This document shows, piece by piece, positions 1-14,272 of a DNA stretch of 64,000 bases. The notes below the pieces were generated by a model, which saw only the letters and a program-made list of their open reading frames with translations, was not told the DNA's origin and did no database searches. Position 1 is the stretch's first letter. Every line of letters begins with the position of its first letter. A program made the position numbers and the translations under genes. The DNA is from Hormiphora californensis (Eukaryota; Animalia; Ctenophora): NCBI GenBank assembly GCA_020137815.1, contig CM035353.1:558001-622000 (forward strand). The letters are read 5' to 3'.

Positions 1-3000
1 TTTATAAAATCACCAGAATCCTCTTTCAATCGTTTCTCTAGCATGCAGGTTCTCTCCCATGTTGGTTTGCTCGCCCTTCAATTTAGAATACCCAATATCT
101 TACTGGGTCAGCATACCATTGTAGACCAACTCCTTTTCATCCAAAGATTCTCAGCTGGTTAACCCGTGCCTTCACTACCCCCCCCCTCTGGCCTGAGGGA
201 TTCTAATTCTCGTCCACAAAGATGGAGGAAGGCATGGTATTGGCTACAATCAAACATTACCCGCTCCTAGCAAGGTTTCGATGGACTATCCTCTCACACT
301 TGTATGCTGGCGGTAATGTTAATATTGTTTTCACTCCTGGCGATGTTTGAAGGAAGTTTTTAAAAAACTTTCGGAGGTCGTATACAGAACCTTTCCAGGT
401 TAATAACCTAAAATAAAAGTAATTATTGGATTTATCATCACTTTAAATCTCAATCCTGCAACAATTGTTTCTCTGGCTAACAGATCAGTTTTTATTCATT
501 AATTTTCACCACTGAATTATTGTTTCCAAACACAATTGCTTTTATTTTGCGGACAGGGTTAGTATGGCTGCAATTGGGTCGAGCCACCAGAGCAGGGTAA
601 TGGCCATTACACTCGCCACGGACAAGGTTTAGATTTCTGCTATGACTGCACTCTGTACACCAATTTGATAGCTAGGGTCTATTGAAATCCAGAAACATTG
701 GAATGTTGAATCAAATACATGGGAGATCTATACCCTACCTTTTCTAGTCCGAGCTGCTCCGAGGTAAAACAAGCCGCACTTGTTTAAAACTCGCAGCATC
801 CCCTAGACGCATATTGGGTAAGTTCATTCTCCGTATTATAATGTTTATAACCCTCCGGTTCACATTTTAATTTGGGATCCAATCATCTATTGCACCCATG
901 AATGTATCTGCCACACAGAATCCTGGTCCATTTATTGAAAAATTAGATTTTGGTGATCGGATTTTTTTAATCGTACAAGAAATCAAGTTTTTTATTCTCT
1001 GGGCCCGGCAAATGTCGACGTATAAAATTAACCCACAAATATATCGCAATAGTTATAGCGAATCACGTATCTTCGCTAATAATGCTATGAAGGTTTTGGG
1101 CTTTTGGGTCCCCGCCCCCTGAGCAGATTTGTTCAGCCAATAATTATGACGGGATAAGGAGAGAGACGTCAGCGATAGAAGAGGGGAACATGATCAGAGT
1201 ATCCATAGCAATGAGAAGATAGACGATAGTGGGAGCAATGACCATGATACGCAGAAACTGGCCACTGTTTGCTTGGTTCCTTTCGGCTTTTTGGTGCTTT
1301 GAAGAAAATTGTTGGGCCATGCAAAAAATGCTCCACTGACCGAAAACTCATTTTTTAAATGAAATTATTTCCGTAAACTGCTTTGGCTAAAACTCGAATG
1401 TTGACTATCTGCCGAGGAGGATACCAAGTGGGTAGAAACCCTAGCCTTATTGGATATACATTAGGGGGACATTTTAAGTGAAAGGTGTGTCTGAATGACC
1501 ATGTTAACTATAGATTAACTTTTTGATACGAAATAAATGGTGCAGGCTTTTGTGGTATGACGTCCTGCCAAATTGGGGCGTTGCTGCAAACATTGTGGAA
1601 TAACAGCATATTGTTAACACCTATATACTATAGTATACAATAATAAGGATCTTGAGTACGATATTGATTTTTCATCAACAAACAGGATTAAATACAGCCT
1701 GCCTCCAGAGTACACCATCAAATCGTTATTTAGGTCACGTGCTGGTAACCCAATCGTGACCATTATTTCTGATTTCAACCTATTTGTCAGTGCTTTGCCT
1801 CCAGAGAGTATTTCCAGTATCTGATTAACACGTTCTGTAAGTTACTTACTTTGGGTTTCCGGTGGCTGACAGATAGCGAACAAGAATAGTTTTCACTTAC
1901 TTTGGCAGCGCCGACTCATTTGAAATCAAACAGGGCTTGACGACGCCAGACATTTTGTGAACTGCCACCAACTCTTGTCAATTCTTTTTTTCTGTTTAAG
2001 TAAAGGGTCATTATATAAATAGACAAGCATGATGGCATGTAATTCTTGCGTCTTGTCAGTCGATTGAAGATTTTACACGTGACTACTTACTGACTGGGTA
2101 TGTAATTCCCCGAAATGCTCAAAATCCTGGGGCATCGATTTAACCAAAAGGTTAATCGAAAACAGAAATTGAACAGGTGTAATGTACTATTTATTATAGA
2201 TACGCCGGAACCTTGAATGGTAAAATTTTGAATCGGTTTACATTAAAAGGACAGGACGTATTTTGCATCTTGATTAACAAAATGAAAGATAATATACCCA
2301 AGACCGACGACAAATAAACAACCAATCAGAACTCGTTATTTAATTAGGTCACGTGACTGGTTTTCAGTCCTCATGACAGTATTCCTGATCGGTCATTTTT
2401 ATTAGTTATACTGTTTAGGTTTCTCATAAGATTTCGGTGGGGTTAGGAGACTGGATAGTTTTTAGTTGTATTAATATACAGATACCCCAAGTTAACTACA
2501 ATTAACTACATTAAATTTCATACTTCTATCGCTACAGATTACTCACCGAATGGGAAACTGATTTGACTGTTTCACCTAACTCATCTTCACCTACCAGTCA
2601 CTGTGTCGTGATGGGATACTCTTGCATCTTCATACTTTGGGGGTTGGAATTAATAACCTTCCACAACTTCGACAATTGGTGCCAGTTCTATGGGAAATGA
2701 CCTACTCCCTCCACCCAGCAAGGTAATTTCTTGGGAAGATGCTTCAAAATGCAGGGGGCTTGGCCCCCTAGACCCCGGTGTACGTGTGGGGGCTTCCAAA
2801 AGAAAAACCGAAAAAACCGAATACCTACTGTTGAAACAAGCTAGCTTGTGTTAAAGTAGTTAACCTGCAAAACCATTACATATTACTCGGGTCGTGCGCC
2901 CTGATTTTTTAAATGATGAAACTTATGTACCTTATTATGCCATATAATATTAATACCCCAAGCTGATGAAAATCTATACTTCGAAGTTTTAATATTTACC

Positions 3001-6000
3001 GTTGCGTAAGGGCATGTGAAATTTTTTTGATTATCACTTCTCAACTTTACTTTAATAAACATTTTTGTTAACATGTTTTTTTCTAACGATATTAAAGGGT
3101 TCGGTAATGCCTTTTTTATGATAGAAACTCCACGGGTACCATACGTATCACCCCATCACCGTTTCAACATCTATTACCTATCTATTTCTCCGTCTACTTC
3201 ATAAGTACCCGCGGGCAAGGGCATTTGTTGCACGCTAAGTCTGCAAGCGATCTTACCTATCGTCCCCCTCCAGTACCAACTAGTTGGGTACTTGATAGGT
3301 ATACCATGCCCTCTAGTCACTCTTTGGGGGCTTCCAATAAAGTATCGTCCCATCTTCATTAGATTGCTTCTAGTAATTATTATCAGGATTACCCCTCGTT
3401 AACCCCTATTACCCTATTAAGAATGGTTTACCTATCTTATCCTCTAGTTCCAAGTATACCCTCATACCCATGATCCACTTAGTAACCACTGTTCCACTTT
3501 ATTACCCCACGAATTATATACACAATCTATGACACCTGTTGGCAAACCAGTACCGGTTGTGACACTCGTTACCATCAGCCCTGATTGCCCTCTCCCTACC
3601 CCATGGGTAATGACCATCTGTTTACCCAATGATCTTTGTACCCCTATCTTGTTAGTCGCCGTCTTCCTTTGTGACCAGCGTTCCCTCTAAAGGGGAGGTG
3701 TTAAATGAGTTACGTCTATTCCCCTAGACCGCTAGTTACCACTATTACCCGTATACAATAGTTACCCATATACCCTTAGTACCTAGTTAACATCTATTCC
3801 ACAAGGTACCCTAGTTTCAACAGTACCCATCATTACAATCCTACCGTTACACACCAGCCCCTCTAGTACCATCTATACCGTTGAACCTATAGTTACATTA
3901 GTTACCCATCTATTTACCACCAGTACCCTAGTTCTACACATCTAGTTACCCTCATTCCTAAAGTACACATCTAGCTACCCGTTAGTACCTATACCCAACT
4001 AGTTACCCATCTAGTTACCCATCTAGTTACCCTCATTACCAGTCGTTACATAGTTACACATCTAGTTACCCATGTTCCACTATTACCCATCTAGTTACCC
4101 TCTAGTTCCCACTTTCCCTCAGTTACCATCTTTCCTCTAGTTACCCTCTAGTTACCCCATCTAGTTACCTCTCTATTCCTATTACATCAGTTACCAAATC
4201 GTACCACAGTTACCCATCTAGTTCCCCTATTAACCTCTTGCTAGTTCCCTCAGTTTCTTAGTTCCCTTTTTCACACTAGTTTCACTCAGTTCCATCTTTC
4301 CTCTTTCCCTCTTGTTACGTAGTTCCCTCCATTGCTGTTGTACAAGAGATCTGCGTAGTTACTCTTAGTTACCATCTGTTACCTCTATACCCATCTGTAC
4401 CTCGATTACCGGGGTGGGCTGGTTACCATTAGTTACCACATACCCTCTGTTATGGTGATGAGACCCTCCCCCCCTGTCCCCGTCCGTTGGTGACATGGAG
4501 TACCCCCGCCCCCCCCCCCGCGGGTTTGTTGATAGTTGACCCTCTTCCCCCCAAAACCCCCACCACCTGCCCTTCACTTGGCTGTTAGCTGACATTTTCG
4601 TTTCCCGTTTTTACCTCCATCGCTCCTTTTCCCCCCTCCCCGCCCTTCGCGAAGGACTACTGTCCATGTGTTCAAATCCTCCAATCCCCGCGGTGTAGTG
4701 AATGAACATCTCCCCCTTCATACCGGCGGGGTTTTAATGGAGAATGGAGACCCCCCCCCCTCTCCCCCGGTTAATCGAGGGAGAGATGATCATGCATCAC
4801 AGACATCTTTTATTATTCAAGGCATAGTAATTATAGTGCGTCGGTAAAATATAAAACAAGTGAATTGGATAGCAAACTGTCGTTATGATTTAACAAGGCA
4901 AGCAAACTACAACAGCTTGATCGATGAGTTACGAAATGCGATTCATCAAATTCTAAGGACTAACATGGCTACATGCAAAATGGGTGAAAGTGCCGTGTTA
5001 CATGTGTCATGCAGTGTTACATGCAGCATACATCAGCAGAACGGTACCAGGTATGCGATCGGCTGTGAGTGGCGCCACTTGGTGGCAATCTGAAGGCAAG
5101 AAAATAGATCAAGAGATGGAGTTAACAAAACTACTCGTTTACATTTGAGATGGAGATATTAGTGGAATTCAAGAATGTTTCTATTTATTTTACAATTTCG
5201 ATGTTTAGTTATTATTATTATTTTATGAGTAGTAGGGTTATAAAGTTGCTACGGCGAGATAAGAGAACGTGCTGAAAAGACACTTTAATTTTTTACACAC
5301 AAACAACATCATTCAAACAAACATCTTGTACACAGTAAAAAGAGATTCAATTGGGCGGGGAATTTATTACGTTTTGTTTAGATTTCCGAACCCCGTTACT
5401 CGAGATCTTGCATGAATATTTTTGTTAATGAGACTGAAAATATACAGGGAAACACAGAAGATTTTTGGGTTAAATGATATACATAACCAGGTGATATATA
5501 TTTGAACAAAAAATAACTAAACAGTTAATTAAATGCAGTTATAATTACCTTGGCAAGTTTCCAGATTGTTTTCTGCCACCCTGGTTCTGATGCTGACCAT
5601 TACTTGTCTTTCCGTTTGTTTCCAACCGCTTTAACAATCTTTGGGTTTCGTCCAAACTTTATGTTGTAATAAGAATTAAATTCCTGGAGAGTAACGGTAA
5701 TCTGGGATGTCATTTGATTCGACAGAAAATACAATTTGAAACAATTTAATGAATTTTAAATTTTTTATAAATTCATTATAATATCCCACCTGAAGAACGG
5801 TCTCTAGATCAATGTTGTCACATAAGGCAAACTTGCGTAAGGAAATATTTGACTCCTCTATCAGTGTCGATGCTGAAACAAATACTTTTGTTCAAACCCC
5901 CCTTTACATTTGTAAACGGGCGGGGTACGGAAAGCAGGGCAAGAATCGTGAATTTGCTAAGTATTTCTGGAGTAAGACTGATGAGCTCATACCCGAATTG

Positions 6001-6128
6001 AGATAACCCTGATCAGATAAATAGTTGTGGATAAGTAGCAATAAACTCCGTTTTTTATTCTCATTTCGCTGCTCCTCTGACTCTCTGGCTTCGCTGGCAC
6101 TTTTCAGTTGTGAATAACTTAACTCCAT
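1..6128 (-). CDS. KATNAL2: Katanin p60 ATPase-containing subunit A-like 2 (multi-exon, 3' end runs off window; AAA exons badly indel-damaged)
   Basis: Exons 6128-5993, 5872-5790, 5683-5549 with GT-AG and matching phases give MELSYSQLKSASEARESEEQRNENKKRSLLLLIHNYLSDQGYLNSASTLIEESNISLRKFALCDNIDLETVLQEFNSYYNIKFGRNPKIVK (LisH-containing KATNAL2 N-terminus). The minus strand of ~1-400 shows frameshifted AAA motifs PWKG..LYGPP, NITAS..KWRGDS, YHAPSSIFVDE, AMLRRLEKRILVD. Confidence 0.88.
2310..2392 (+). repeat. Short dispersed repeat (second copy ~1715-1790)
   Basis: Two copies of accaatcagaactcgttatttaggtcacgtgactggtt...; recalled as an abundant Pleurobrachia interspersed repeat (not verified by search). 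Confidence 0.55.
3730..4400. repeat. Degenerate ~12-bp minisatellite (CATCTAGTTACC) in KATNAL2 intron
   Basis: Many imperfect copies of ctagttacccat. Confidence 0.8.
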
Positions 6129-6264
6129 CGCTAACATGAAAATGGGTTAGAGGCCATTCACAACAGACATTCAGTCTAGAGGGGACTTGGACACATCGAG
6201 CCCCCCTGGCCTCTTTAATCATACACAAAATTCCGCACCACCCGGGTCACCTGGTAAGGTGATA

Positions 6265-6435
6265 CAGTCGGACCCCGATTTAGGGGCCCCCGATTTAGTG
6301 GCACCCCGATTTAGGGACAGGATTTTTTCCCCCGATATAGGAAATTAACCTTATTTGACCCCGATATAGTGGACACCCCGATTTAGTGGACAAGAGCCTT
6401 TCCCCCGAGGGTGTCCCTAAATCGGGGTCCGACTG
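6265..6435. mobile_element. Tc1/mariner-type MITE (CAGTCGGACCCCGATTTA family)
   Basis: TIRs CAGTCGGACCCCGATTTAG...CTAAATCGGGGTCCGACTG, TA on both sides; near-identical reverse-complement copy at 38656-38826. Confidence 0.9.
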
Positions 6436-8799
6436 TACATGATACAAAACCCGACCAAAGGAGGGGTTTATACATATAATCAATAAACCCGGTTTTATAT
6501 ATGTAGCGGGTTGTCTGCTAGGGTGATTCGCTACACCATATAATGGCATATACTCTCTTTCATTCCCTCTTTTACTGTTCAATATCTCTCACTGTGTCAG
6601 TGTGTATTGGCCCTAATCTTGCTCCCTCTTTCTCAAATGTGTTAGGCCTAATTAGTTAGGAATGATTGCCAACAAATCTACACACAGTTTGGGGACGTCT
6701 GTTGACTAGTGTCTGACTGTGGTCTGAAACCCCCTACTGAACGGAGCTTTTCTGAATCACCTTTTCGAAACGAATCCAACGCAACCAGAATTAGCTTTCT
6801 ATCTTATCGGGAAGTTTGGGCTTGAGCCCCTTCAATTTTAGTCATTTTTCGGTGTGCAAGCCAATCAGAGGCCTTTATTTCGAAATCTAGGCCTCTGATT
6901 GGCTGATTTGCCAACACTCCGATACTAGTGTGTTTCACCTTAATGTGTAAATGCTATAGGGATCCCTAAAAAAGTTGGCAGGTGAGTAGAACTTCGCTCC
7001 TAATAAAAGGCTGCAATAAAAGGTGCCTGAATAAAGGCTTGCAGAAAAAGGCAAGTAAAGCAGGTCTGCACTCAACCTGATGGATTCTGCAATAAAGAGG
7101 CTGGCTGCAATGGAATCGAGTAATCCAACGGAAAGCAGGGATAGACCGAATCGTCCTCCCCTAAGTTTTCGTTTCACGTTTCGCTCGTCCCAAGCCAAGA
7201 TTAGCGAACACCTCCCGCTAATATACGTGATTCTTCATCTATCCACTGATGGGAATAAAGGCCCTAATTGACGTCGAAGGTGTGTCAGATCCGAATCAGG
7301 ACACATAGTATTCTATCCTTTGACTATATCTCAATGTCATAAAATTAGGCGGTTACCTTATTTGACCTAACTTGCCAGACTGATACTGATTTCCTCTGCT
7401 TAATTGGCAACAGTTATGGTATACAACTTCGATGGCGGATCCACCTATAGGTTGAAAGGTACATGTTTGGGATGATGTACCTGTCGTTGTCTACACGGGG
7501 AATCTAAGATACCCAACCCATTAGACCAAACCTCAGTAGTTTCTGACTACCTCTACGAATCGTGATCGATTGAAAGTACTGGAGATATGCGGTCCACCAT
7601 GAGCCGTATTACTTCCAGTAAGGTCGTGCATACCATTTGGTGAAATGCGGCCATTTAAGATAAATCGCCCATATTATAGAATTCTACATTTTGCTTCTGA
7701 AGGCCCATATAATGCGCCAGATTTTCTGACGAACGCTGGTCCATGGCTACTAAGTCTGATATCACATGATGGCATGACGTTTCCAAATTTGCGCGTTCTA
7801 CTGATTTGTGTTTTCACCTAATTTAGATAAAAAATTTAGATGATTGGGACTGGGTAATTGCTTCATTTTACGAAATGCCCGCATCGTTGAATATTGCGTA
7901 TTTAATTTTAATCGCCAATTTTTCCCAAATTCGCAAGACCTTTACTAGGGTCGGCCGAGAGTACTTGGTCAATTGTCCCATTTATTAGAGATACCAATGG
8001 ACGTGACCATACCGTAATATTTTGTAACTTTCGGCAGTTCCACTCGTACTCGCTCTCTATCTCGCTCTCTTAGTCTCCAGACTACGGAACCCCCTCATCT
8101 CTCCAGATTCCTCTATCTCCGCTATGTTGTATAAACTGTCTCGTGACACGATATCACTAATTCAGGGGTTATCGTCTCTCGACAGCCGATAACTGATACA
8201 ACTGATGTTAGAGGAGATTGGGTCGCTAATCCCCGCTTTATCTGGTTGGGAGTGTTCTTGCACCAATTATAAGCGTCGTACTTTATTGCATGCTTTATTG
8301 CTTGTTAGACTCTTTTATGCAACCAGTTTTCTTCTCCTTTTATTGCAGCCTTTTTTTAGGAGCAAGTTTACTCCCTGGCCAAAGTTGATTTCAAACGGTT
8401 TTACACAGCGTTTACAGACTTGTAAACACCAGAGTGCAGTCCTCACTTATGACGCTATTACAAAAATTGATTGTGTGCTTACCCCAATTGAGAAACGAGC
8501 CTGCGATAGGTCCGCACTCCAGATATGCATTACAGTTGTTTACTGACTTAAAATTTTAGGAGACTGGATATAAACTAAGTATTAAGAAAGTCGAGGGATG
8601 AAGTGTGGAATAATTGTACAGGGCGTTAAACGAAGACGTGGCTCCCTGTGGCGTCTGTTAAACCTTGGAATCGTGTAAACGATGTTAAATACTGAATTTT
8701 TTATCGGGGCTTATAAACTATGAACGTTTGTTATTTCGCGTTTATGTTTAAATACACTCACATGGGGCCTTCGGAATCGGCGCGGTTAAACCAGTTTAG

Positions 8800-11620
8800 T
8801 AAATTTTTTAATCAAGGGTCAGGGGGGCATTAGGAGTCGCACGTGTTGTATTGCCAGGACATGAGATCAAGTTCCGACAGATTGTTCTTTAGTTTTGATA
8901 ACGTTACAACTGGGTCCCAAAATCCAACTTGGAGGGGTCCCCCTGGGCTCAACTGGTGGCCCGTGTGGCGTGACTTTGTTTTTGGACTCCAATCTAGCAA
9001 ATGCTAAATGGTTAAAAATAAAGTAAAAACATTTGGGTTTTAGCCCTTTAAGACTTAACCCGGAGCGTTGGAATTTGAAGATAATTTTAAGACATTTGAA
9101 ACGCTAATTCTAAATCTAGCTCATTCTTTGAAACACGTGCCATGGTTAATTGAATGGAAACCTTGTACATAACTACAAATATAATTTTGATATTAGAAGT
9201 TGCGAAGCCCCCTAGAAATCGCGAGCTTAGTGATCGTATTGAACAAGTATCGGAAGTTATGCTAATGCCTTTGGGTTCAAACTGACGAGAACCCTTCCTC
9301 CGCATGTTTAGTGTCCCTCAGCTCGTGCAGTGTAAGCCACTGTAAAGAACCCGATCTACAATCCCACAAATTTAGTATCACAATGAATGTAATGTTAATA
9401 GTTTCTTAACAATCATTATTCCTGTTAAGTGGTGAGTATCAATAGATACGATCAACATAGAATTTTCGTACGGAAGTTGGTACTAAAGAGATAACGGCAC
9501 ACACGGGGAAATGATGTTGCGGTTTTTTAAATGGTGTCGCATGTATTCTGTGAAACTTATTAATTATGCCAAGTACGGGTGAGAAAAGATTATACTGCAC
9601 GTTATCGGGTGCCCAAAGGAATCGTCGGGGCCGTAAAATTACGCCCGGATCTCTCACCTTGTATAGGTATTAAGCTTAATTGAACGATATGTAAAATACC
9701 TAAATAATCCTATAAAATTTGGAGATGTTCCCTATCGTCTACATGATTGCTTTTACGTGAGTGGTTCTCACATATCAGACTGCTTATATCTTTCAAGGCT
9801 TTCGATAGTGTTTAAGCATGTATTTTACGTGAAAGAAAGTTTGATATTATGGTAGGATCTCAGTTTTAAGGTTATTTTGTACCAAGATTTCTACAGATGT
9901 GAGTTCCCATACCAGATTCAGTTGCCATGGCAACCAGGTTTTAACTTGAAGGGCAAAAACCGCCCTGCGAACTGGTGGGTTTCAAAGCCCTTTCTATCAG
10001 GTATGCCCATGGTGGCTAGTTGATAAAAAGGGTTGTTGATCGTTTTTATCAATTCTATAACCCGTTCGCCCTACGGGCGATTTCGGGAATGGTATGGGAT
10101 TCATGAGCACTGAACATCTAAATCTTAACTGCTCACATGCCACCATCCCATTTAAGGTACTGTACGGTAAAAGCTGGGATGGCCGCTAGTTTCACTCATT
10201 AGGTGATATCGGGCGATCAAAGATAAAAAACTTTCTATTTTGCGAACTCCTCACGTTTGTCCTGTTTGCAGGATTTGAATTGATCTCGGTTCTGTTAACC
10301 TCCACTCTTTTCTCTGTTCTGCACTTCTCTTGGTGTTGCTGTATTTAAATCCCTGCAAGTTGGAAAGCGTACAAAGTGTAACTCCAATTGTCGTTTCCAT
10401 AAAACGGGTGTTGAAAAGCATAATCATGAAACAGTGTACATACAAAGCAAGGACGCTGCACAGCCAAGTAACGTAACAATCCTTGGTATGTCTCAAACCC
10501 CTGGCCTACCAACTTTCCAAGCTATTTTATGCCCACTCAACACTACCTCAATCCTTACAGTATCCACATAATTGCATACTCGACGTGAAATTCGCGACCT
10601 GAATCTCACCTGAGATGAGAGATTCGAGTGAGAAGACAAAAGACTATACATTAGAAAGTTAAAGCTCACAACATTTGTTCTAGCAGGACTCTCCCGGATC
10701 TGCGATTTCTCGTCGATTCTCTCGGTTTCTAGGCGGGAAATTTGGAAGACACTGATATTTGGAAAATATCGGCACACCTAATTTAAATTTGCTTAAATAT
10801 GTTATGATATATTTTTAATTGTTTGTGCGGTGGTTGATTACTACTATGCTAACTTGTCGATTTTTTTCCTGAATAGACAGTTGTAGAAAAAAAAAATATG
10901 AATATTGGACTGAGTGCGATTAGGTGCTATTCTCGAGGTTGTTTGTTTATTGCTATGATATGGAATTTATAAATTCCACTAAATTTTAACTACGTTATTT
11001 AAAAGTTACAGTTAGTTTTTTTCTTTCCCCATATCGATTACCTGTTCGCCAGTCTAAATCACGGTAATAAAAGTTTCGACACTATTTAAAATTGGCCCGT
11101 CATAGCCAGCCGGCTTGATTTATTACTAAACCCTCCTTTAATTTTATTTTCGAAAAAAAAAAAAGGTTGGCAAAAGTTAGCTAGGAAGCGCCGGCCTTGG
11201 AAACGACGCGTTTTGGGCGTGTTCAGTTCGTGGTTGTTGACCCTTATGGGCCGACTTTTTTTGAATTCGTTTTCGTATGAGTCAAATTTATTTTCGGTTC
11301 GTTTCGTTTTGTGGGCAATTTTTCGGTTTGGTTCGGTTTGGTTTTGAGGCAATATTTTTCATTCGGCCTTGGTTTGCGGTTTCGTTCGTTGTTGGCGTTT
11401 CGGTTCATTCGTTTGTTGTTCAATTGTTATGCTATACGGTCCAATAGTTCAGTAAAACAGTTTCACAGTTCTTTACGGTTCGGTTCGTTCGCGGTTTTGA
11501 GGCAAAATTTTGCGGTTTCGTTGTGAAGAATGAATTTGTTTGTTGTTTCTTAGAAATATTATGGAGTTCGATTTGGTTACCCGGTTTTTATTCCTAAATT
11601 TATATTTGAGAGAGGATCAT
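8800..11620 (+). repeat. Diverged or noisy tandem duplicate of the TE block at ~11640-15900
   Basis: 8930-9400 aligns by eye with 11660-11813 plus 12917-13220; 9900-11600 aligns with 14120-15880 (Helitron tails, TTCGG array). Confidence 0.75.
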
Positions 11621-11813
11621 ATTGTTAGCATTTCAAGGAGTACAAGCGCGTTTACAAGGGGACCCCAAATGGGCCCCAACTTGAGGGGCTCCCCCTGGGC
11701 TCACCTGGGGCCCGTGTGGCGTGTACCTATGTTTTTTGGGACTCCAATAGCATGCTTGTTACGATGGAGTGTTCAAAATAAATAAATAAAATTTGGGTTT
11801 TTAGGCCCTTTAA

Positions 11814-12916
11814 GGGTACACCTGGCGTTTTTCATCATCGAGTGCCCAACCAAATGACTTCACCAGGGTTTAGGTCATACAAAATGGACCTCAAATATGC
11901 AATTTTAGCCCTAAAGTCGAATTCATATTTTTGCTACAGCCTATTTTCAAAGTGGCGTTTTTTCAATTTTTGTTGGAATTTTTAACCTCAGGACCACTTT
12001 TTTTGAGATAGAAACATTAAGTTCTTGGAATTTGAAGAGAATATAAAGGTGAATAAGCCCAAAGAAGGATTTTTGAAATGGAGCTTATTTCTGGCCATGA
12101 GAAGGGTTTACTTTTTTGCTTCTTTGACACGCTGGCTGAGAATGTTCCCATGCTTCATTAGAGATGAAAATCTGGAAATATTTGCTCAAAACGATTATCT
12201 ATGTAGCCCAAAAATTTTGGAACTTTCCCGCCAAAGATGTGGTGTACAGAGCTTGTTTTGTGAAACCCGTCTTTTTCTGATTTCCCCCTTACTTGCTGAT
12301 ACCTTTTTCACAATTACAGCAAAAACGGTTGGAGTAGGAGCAAAATGTCTCTCAGGAGACCCCCCCAAAATCGGACCTTCTGAATCGATTAAGCTTGAAC
12401 CTAGGTCTCTACGATCATCCGTTTTGGAGATACAGGGAATTCCTCTCTTTTTCAAAAAGACGGGTTTCACAAAACAAGCTCTGTACACCACATCTTTGGC
12501 GGGAAAGTTCCAAAATTTTTGGGCCACATAGATAATCGTTTTGAGCAACTATTTCCAGATTTTCATCTCTAATGAAGCATGGGAACATTCTCAGCCAGCG
12601 TGTCAAAGAAGCAAAAAAGTAAACCCTTCTCATGGCCAGAAATAAGCTCCATTTCAAAAATCCTTCTTTGGGCTTATTTACCTTTATATTCTCTTCACAT
12701 TCCAAGAATTTAATGTTTCTATCTCAAAAAAAGTGGTCCTGAGGTTAAAAATTCCAACAAAAATTGAAAAAACGCCACTTTGAAAATAGGCTGTAGCAAA
12801 AATATGAATTCGACTTTAGGGCTAAAATTGCATATTTGAGGTCCATTTTGTATGACCTAAACCCTGGTGAAGTCATTTGGTTGGGCACTCGATGATGAAA
12901 AACGCCAGGTGTACCC
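11814..12916. mobile_element. Kolobok-like non-autonomous foldback element with ~460-bp near-perfect TIRs
   Basis: TTAA|GGGTACACCTGG...CCAGGTGTACCC|TTAA; arms ~11814-12275 and ~12456-12916; paralogous empty site with single TTAA at 9048-9051. Confidence 0.88.
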
Positions 12917-13220
12917 TTAAGACTTGAACCCGGAAGCGTTGGAATTTGGAAAGATAATTTTAAGACATTTTCAACGCAACGAAAATCAAGTCTTCATCTT
13001 ATCAGGAACAGGAGATATGAGCGAAAACGTTTAGCACACACAAATATAATTTTGTAAATGCGCAGGCCCCCTGTTCCTTGATTAAAAAATTCGACTATAA
13101 TCGATTAATCGCCCTGCCGGGCGATTGAACTCCAGTTGGCTGTCCCCAGCTCGTGCTGGGAACAGCCAACTGTATAACACGCCAAGCTACAATTCCTACA
13201 AACGTTCATAGTACACAATA

Positions 13221-13527
13221 TCTATATTATAATTTGGAAATGAACGTCGAAGTCGACGTCGTTCGTTCAGCGGTATCTAAGCGACAGGCAGCTCCTTCAT
13301 AAAATACTTCATGTGCCCAAAGCTGTAAAGCTGTTGCTCACACTTTTGGAACTTCCAGTAGAAGTTTGTTGATATTTTCGAATGAATTTTAACATGCCAG
13401 TCCATATAGTTACCAATTCAGTTGCCATGACAACCGTGTTATTGACGTTGAAAGGGCGAAAAGAACCAACCGGCGAAGCCGGGTGGGTTAAAGGCCTTAC
13501 TTGAGGCGCACCCAATGGGTGCGCTAG
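13221..13527 (+). mobile_element. Non-autonomous Helitron, family H1
   Basis: 5' A|TCTATATTATAATTTGG, 3' hairpin GCGCACCCAATGGGTGCG then CTAG|T; no TSD. Confidence 0.85.
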
Positions 13528-13547
13528 TTTAAGTTAAAACTTAAGAA

Positions 13548-13857
13548 CAAGCGCACCCATTGGGTGCGCCTCAAGTAAGGGATATTTGATAACCCACCCG
13601 GCTTCGGGTGGTTCTTTTGCCCCTTTCAACGTCAATAAAACGGCTGCCATGGCAACTGAATTGGTAAATATGGGGACTGGCATATTAAAAGTCATTCGAA
13701 AATATTAACAAACTTCCACTGGAAGTTCCAAAAATGTGAGCAACAGCTTTACAGCTTTGGTCATATGAAGTGTTTTATGAAGGAGCAGCCTGTCGCTTAG
13801 AAACGCACTGAACGAACGACCACTTCGACGTCGTTCATCTCCAAATTATAATAGAGA
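13548..13857 (-). mobile_element. Non-autonomous Helitron, family H1 (inverted copy)
   Basis: Reverse complement of the 13221-13527 copy; terminal CTAG mutated to CTTG. Confidence 0.8.
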
Positions 13858-13952
13858 TTATTCTTTTTATAGGTGGCAGGGTATATGAGACAAATAGCAT
13901 TTATATGTATATGTAATAAGAGATTGAAATATGGAATAATCATACCAAATAA

Positions 13953-14240
13953 TCTCTATTATAATTTGGAGATGTCGCGTCGAAGTGATGGCCGTTCGTT
14001 CAGTGCGTTTCTACGCAACAGACTGCTCCTTCATAAAATACTTGATGTGCCCAAAGTTGTAAAGCTGTTACTCACAGTTTTGGAACTTCCAGTGGAAGTT
14101 TGTTAATATTTTCGAATGACTGATTCAGTTGCCATGGCAACCGTGTTATTAACGTTGAAAAGGGCGAAAAGAACCGCCCGGCGAAGCCGGGTGGGTTATC
14201 AAAAAGCCCTTTCTTGAGGTGCACCCAATGGGTGCGCTAG
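13953..14240 (+). mobile_element. Non-autonomous Helitron, family H1
   Basis: A|TCTCTATTATAATTTGGAG ... GCACCCAATGGGTGCGCTAG|T. Confidence 0.85.
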
Positions 14241-14272
14241 TTGATAAAAAAGTATATCGTTTTTATCAATTA

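Noticed and set aside
8040-8240. Possible LTR end with primer-binding site
   Set aside because: Too degenerate; no second LTR, TSD or gag/pol remnant recognised.
12025-12705. Mirror-image ORFs on both strands
   Set aside because: Consequence of the palindromic element; no transposase motifs.
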